Virus record (IMG/VR): IMGVR_UViG_3300027732_000008
Strand: one strand, 5' to 3'
Length of the DNA stretch: 64,000 nt
Source: an uncultured virus (IMG/VR IMGVR_UViG_3300027732_000008)
Taxonomy: Duplodnaviria > Heunggongvirae > Uroviricota > Caudoviricetes
Under the pieces are notes generated by a model. The model ran no database searches and was not told the DNA's origin. It saw only the letters and a program-made list of their open reading frames with translations. Numbering within the stretch: position 1 is the stretch's first letter; each line of letters opens with the position of its first letter. This document shows positions 59,728-64,000 of this stretch, piece after piece. The position numbers and the translations under genes were made by a program.

Positions 59728-59805
59728 TTTTTTGTCCTCTTAAAGAATTCTATTGAACTCTGGTTTGGCATTTTTAAGTATGGTGCTAACCAACATGAGA
59801 ATATG

Positions 59806-60972
59806 TTATATTACTAACAGCCAATAGTTTTTCGTTATGTAAACGCTACTGTCACTGGCTGTAACTTTTATTTCATATCTGCTTGGACTACTGTTTTGAG
59901 GAGCAGTACCAACGATATTACCTCCACTAACTGATAGCCACGAAATTGCGGCTTCTCCATCATATGCTGGATCAATAGTAAAGTTTGTAGCATTATTTAC
60001 TCCAATTGGAAAAATAATGCTGTCTCCACCGGAAAATGTTCCGATATAGCTGGTGGAGTCTGTCCAATGTGGCTGATTGGTTCCTACCTTAATAAGGCCA
60101 GGGAACACAAACTCATTGCCACTGGTGTCGACAATTGTCAAATCTTGTGACTGTTGCCAAAAAGCAGTTGACATCAGTGATGTCTCAATCATGCATTGCA
60201 TGGTGTCTGACGTTGGATAGTCAATTCTAGTAACTGCCTTGCCTCCAATTTTCACTGACGTGCCATATGTTATGTCAGTTGCAACAATTGTGATGGTGGT
60301 AAAATTAGAAAGCGTGGCATAATACAATCCAACAATGTTGGGTCTAGGTCTGTCGCTTGAAACTGTGCTCTTCAACACCCTGACTAAAATTCTATCATTT
60401 TGTTCTGGAGGTTCATCAAATGCAAGTATGTGACCATCAATCAAATTAAAACTGTAAAATGGTTCTTGCTGTATTCCATTGATAGATACAACCAGGTTGT
60501 TTACACCAGCCACTGACATTTCAAGATCAAATGTCATTGTTGATTCATCACCAGAAAATATTTTTGTGATTGCACTGAATGCTTGTGTTTGAGTTCTAAA
60601 AAGGCCCAGAGCTGAGTCAAATGTAATTACTTGGCCGTCTGTTGGATTTGTAATGTTTACATCAGTCAATGCATTTAAATCTAAATTATCAATTTTAAGA
60701 TCTAACGCTGATTCTGCACCGGTGGCTCGAGTTAACTCTGTTGCAACCTTGTTGTCAACATAAACTTTGTCTGTGATTGTTTGCCAATTGGCGCCATCAA
60801 AGAATTCAGGTTTAGTTACAGTTTGATCAAATCTAACATATCCAGCGGCACTAATCACTGGGCGGTCTGCTTCGGGCCCACTAGGAAGCTTTAAGGCTCC
60901 AGTACCTTCAATTTTTAAAACACCAGATTGTGGTGTTAATGATTCCTGCGAGTGATTAATTTTAATTGTCAT
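59806..60972 (-). CDS. structural protein (fibre/baseplate-associated)
   Basis: LKLPSG...RP, L..LTDV.IT....GQV, V.INGIQQ.P and Ig-like C-terminus. Confidence 0.65.
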   Translation of the reverse strand: MTIKINHSQESLTPQSGVLKIEGTGALKLPSGPEADRPVISAAGYVRFDQTVTKPEFFDGANWQTITDKVYVDNKVATELTRATGAESALDLKIDNLDLNALTDVNITNPTDGQVITFDSALGLFRTQTQAFSAITKIFSGDESTMTFDLEMSVAGVNNLVVSINGIQQEPFYSFNLIDGHILAFDEPPEQNDRILVRVLKSTVSSDRPRPNIVGLYYATLSNFTTITIVATDITYGTSVKIGGKAVTRIDYPTSDTMQCMIETSLMSTAFWQQSQDLTIVDTSGNEFVFPGLIKVGTNQPHWTDSTSYIGTFSGGDSIIFPIGVNNATNFTIDPAYDGEAAISWLSVSGGNIVGTAPQNSSPSRYEIKVTASDSSVYITKNYWLLVI

Positions 60973-61517
60973 TACGCTTTACCTGCAATCTTTTCTTGAC
61001 TACGACCATATGCCGCTAAGCCTAGAACAGCACCCATTGCAATGTGGTACAACCCTGCGCCTTGTAAAGTCAGTGGCAACCATTGGCTTGTTACCTGTCC
61101 GCCCTGTATTGATTGTAATACTGACCATAACACTGGAAATATAATAAAGTCTGTGGCACATGTTAACATGTAAAGGACTGCCATCATTGGGCGCCATTTG
61201 CTGTTGATAAAGTCACCAAAGCCACCTGACACTTCAATTGTGGTAGTGCCGCCTTCCTGCATTGCTCCGCCTGCGGCTGAGTTATTAGATTGATTTGAAG
61301 ATCCACCAAAGCCACTGGAACTTCCGAAGCCACTAGAGCTTCCACCAAATCCGCTGGAACTTCCGAAGCCACTGGCTGGCGGTACTGCACCAAAACCTGG
61401 ACTGCTTGTTCCAAATCCTGCGGCAGGTGTACTACTAGCGAATTTATTTGTAATGGATGATTTTGCTGAGGCACTCACCGGTGCTTGACTATCATCATAA
61501 TCGTCTAATTTTGGCAT
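60972..61517 (-). CDS. putative holin (3TM/GTA-holin-like) with Gly/Ser-rich N-terminus
   Basis: KWRP.M...Y...DFIIFP...GAVLGLAAYGRSQEK. Confidence 0.65.
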   Translation of the reverse strand: MPKLDDYDDSQAPVSASAKSSITNKFASSTPAAGFGTSSPGFGAVPPASGFGSSSGFGGSSSGFGSSSGFGGSSNQSNNSAAGGAMQEGGTTTIEVSGGFGDFINSKWRPMMAVLYMLTCATDFIIFPVLWSVLQSIQGGQVTSQWLPLTLQGAGLYHIAMGAVLGLAAYGRSQEKIAGKA

Positions 61518-61527
61518 TGCGGCCTCC

Positions 61528-61731
61528 TTATTTAGGAGTATTTACCAAAGGGGATGTTTTTGCAGTATGTATTTTGGTCCATTTGCCTATTGGACAAGAT
61601 TCGCTTTCTAAAATTATTTTAAAATTTATAAAGCATCCACATTGCCTGCATTGTCTTGCAGGTCTATAGTACCATTCACATTTTTGACAATGGCTGGCTC
61701 GTTCTAATTTTGTTTTTGTGTTTACAAACAT
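61528..61731 (-). CDS. small Cys-rich protein (DUF6171-like)
   Basis: R..HC.KC......QC.QCGCF...K......CPIGKW. Confidence 0.7.
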   Translation of the reverse strand: MFVNTKTKLERASHCQKCEWYYRPARQCRQCGCFINFKIILESESCPIGKWTKIHTAKTSPLVNTPK

Positions 61732-61748
61732 GCTGTACTTATGCAATG

Positions 61749-61774
61749 AAAAAGGGCTCCGAAGAGCCCTTTTT
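61749..61774 (-). terminator. intrinsic terminator after major capsid gene
   Basis: AAAAAGGGCTC-TTCG-GAGCCCTTTTT (UUCG loop). Confidence 0.9.
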
Positions 61775-61798
61775 GTATAAACTTAACTAATCGGTAGA

Positions 61799-62998
61799 TT
61801 AGATGAAGCTTAATGCAGTTGCATCGATAGCAATTGTGTTAACATAATCAGAAGCGTTACCCAAAGAGTTTGACGCATTTGATAATTCAACATAACCGTA
61901 ACGAGTCATGAAGCTGACAGTTGGTTCAAATGTATTTGGATCCAAAACAACACCACTGCTCATCAAAGGAATGTATGGGCAATAGAATGCAGGAGCATCC
62001 ATTTCGTTAGCGCCTTTGTAACCAATTAGAACTGGGGCGGCATCGCCTGCGTAATGGTTAACATAAACACGAACTGAACTGTTTAGTGTACCAACAAACT
62101 TTGTATTTGTAGGAGCTTCAAATGTACCTTCTGTTGTACGAGCAAATGCGCTGGTAGTAGCAGATTGTAGAATTGTCAATGCTGTTGGGCTAATAACAAT
62201 GTAGTTACCAGCACCACGACGTGTACGGCTAGCGATGTCGTTAGCGGCACGGTTGATCAACACAGCCAATGCGGCGTGTTGGTCACCAACGAAGTTGGCT
62301 TGACCTGATACTGCTGACTGGTCGTATGTACCAAATGCACTACCTGCTAAACCAATCAATGAACCAATGATTTCTTGGTCAATTTCAGCAGTAATTTCTT
62401 GTGCTAGAGCGGCCATGATTTCTGCTTCAACGTCAACACCATGAATGGCTTGTGCGTCTTGAGCGGCTTCAAATGTCCAACGAGCTGATAACCTACGGCT
62501 CTTAGCTTCTACAGTCTCTTTCAAGATCTGGATGTTCATTCTCTTACCAGCAGTACCTTCTAATGTACCTGTTGTTTCAGCTTTACCAGCTGAGCTACCA
62601 GAATACTGAGTAGCAATGCTGAATGGGCTTAGAGCTTCATCGTTTGCTGTAACAGCTTTACCGATGTTGCCATCAGCGGCTGAACTTGCACTTACTGAAT
62701 CTGCATAACGCACACGCAATGTGTGGATCTGAGATACTGGACCTTGCATTGGTTGTACACCAACTAATTCGTTGGCAATGGTTGTTGGCATTACACGACG
62801 AATAACTGGTAAAATAACCTTGTTTAGAACAGCAACATTACCCTGTGCAGTTGCACCAGCAGTTGCAGTTTCTGTCAAATACTTTTTAGTATTTTCTAAA
62901 CAGACTTCCATTGTGGACTTGCGTTGTCCAGTTAGGCCTTCTGTTAAAGCCTGCTTGGTAGCAGACCAATTTTTAGCTTCAAATAGAGCTTGTGACAT
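61799..62998 (-). CDS. major capsid protein (gp23-like)
   Basis: VGVQPM.GP, EAKSRRL.ARWT.EAAQD, EI.AEID.EI, FYCPYIPL, MTRYG. Confidence 0.95.
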   Translation of the reverse strand: MSQALFEAKNWSATKQALTEGLTGQRKSTMEVCLENTKKYLTETATAGATAQGNVAVLNKVILPVIRRVMPTTIANELVGVQPMQGPVSQIHTLRVRYADSVSASSAADGNIGKAVTANDEALSPFSIATQYSGSSAGKAETTGTLEGTAGKRMNIQILKETVEAKSRRLSARWTFEAAQDAQAIHGVDVEAEIMAALAQEITAEIDQEIIGSLIGLAGSAFGTYDQSAVSGQANFVGDQHAALAVLINRAANDIASRTRRGAGNYIVISPTALTILQSATTSAFARTTEGTFEAPTNTKFVGTLNSSVRVYVNHYAGDAAPVLIGYKGANEMDAPAFYCPYIPLMSSGVVLDPNTFEPTVSFMTRYGYVELSNASNSLGNASDYVNTIAIDATALSFI

Positions 62999-63015
62999 TT
63001 TGTATGTCTCCTTAA

Positions 63016-64000
63016 TTAATTCTTAATTCCAGCGAGTTTACGAAGTTGCTGAATTGTTTCATCAGCTTCGGCTGGGGCAGTAACTGACTCATTAAGAGCT
63101 TTGTTACCTGTAACCACAGTCTTCTGTGATTGCTGTCCTTCAACTAGTTGTTTCTTCTCTCGACGAACTTCTTCGTTTAGAACAGATGGCAAGTATTTCT
63201 GGAATTGGTCTTTTAGTTTACTGGTATCAGTACCTTCTAATAACTCTTCCATAACGCCACGCTTGTCTTTTGACAATGGTGAACATAATTCTTGCATAAC
63301 GCGAACTCGCTGTGCTTGATCTTCCGCAATGCGCTGACGACGAAGCGACTCGCTAATTTGTACTTCTTTATGTGTTAGTTTTGTATTAGCCTCGGCCAAT
63401 TGGCCTTGAATTTCGATGATTGATTTGTTAAGCTGGCTAACGGCAGTGCCGTCTGCAAACTTAGATGCCATAAATTCTGCGGCAAAAGCTTCCATGATCT
63501 TACGACCAAAGTTGTTTTCTTTTGCTTCACGAATATCTGTTTTTAACTGTGACATTTCTTTCTTGAATGATTCTGTAACTAGACCGTTGATCTTGCTACT
63601 GGCTTTCTGGATGAAAGCTGTACGAGTTTCATTAATTGCTTTACGGCCTTCGGACACTAGTTTTACGCGAGCGTTTACCAATGCCTTGTGATCTTCATGC
63701 AATTCAGTTAATTCGCCTGTTAACTTGCGTAATGCAAATTCTTCTAAGCGAGAAATACTTTGTTTTTGTGCGTTACGATCGCCACGAAGTTCTGCAATTT
63801 CTTTGGCAAGTGTTTCCAGTACCAATTTTTGTAGCATTGTAGCATCTTCTTTGATCTTTGTAGCATACTTCACACGCTGAACAATTGCTTGTTCACGCAG
63901 TGATTTTAAATCTGTTGCTCCTGCATTGATAGTATCTTGCATTAACCTATCCATTGCTTCGATAAGTTGTCCTCTATCATGCTCGTAGCGTGAAGCAAAT
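63016..64000 (-). CDS. prohead core scaffold protein (gp22-like), 5' truncated
   Basis: Long coiled coil directly upstream of the capsid gene; FGRKI.EAF..E; frame open to the window edge. Confidence 0.8.
   Translation of the reverse strand, partial: FASRYEHDRGQLIEAMDRLMQDTINAGATDLKSLREQAIVQRVKYATKIKEDATMLQKLVLETLAKEIAELRGDRNAQKQSISRLEEFALRKLTGELTELHEDHKALVNARVKLVSEGRKAINETRTAFIQKASSKINGLVTESFKKEMSQLKTDIREAKENNFGRKIMEAFAAEFMASKFADGTAVSQLNKSIIEIQGQLAEANTKLTHKEVQISESLRRQRIAEDQAQRVRVMQELCSPLSKDKRGVMEELLEGTDTSKLKDQFQKYLPSVLNEEVRREKKQLVEGQQSQKTVVTGNKALNESVTAPAEADETIQQLRKLAGIKN

Noticed and set aside
1..64000. Stop-codon reassignment
   Set aside because: Core genes are full length in the standard code, and TAA, TGA and TAG all end genes.

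Overview
A 64-kb segment of a large T4-superfamily (probably jumbo) myovirus genome, standard genetic code, mostly on the minus strand. Virion and packaging genes: major capsid gp23-like, scaffold gp22-like (cut by the right edge), terminase, head completion, neck gp13/gp14, gp15, tail sheath and tube, PAAR-like spike, several fibre proteins, holin-like proteins and an M15 peptidase. Replication and recombination genes: gp41 helicase, primase, gp32 SSB, UvsX/UvsY/UvsW and a 194-aa minimal PolIII-alpha-like protein. Nucleotide metabolism: NrdA/NrdB, glutaredoxin, dNMP kinase and NUDIX. The most striking unannotated layer is RNA-level. (1) The acceptor half of an apparently circularly permuted (two-piece) tmRNA follows a perfect sigma70 promoter at the left edge. 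(2) There are two ligase-superfamily enzymes, one apparently capsid-packaged. (3) In an ATPase + RNA ligase operon, a 3'-UTR stem-loop displays 13 nt complementary to the operon's own ribosome-binding region. (4) About ten genes appear leaderless. (5) T4-style hairpins hide late-gene SD sequences on read-through transcripts. All protein calls come from motif recognition by eye; no database searches were run.
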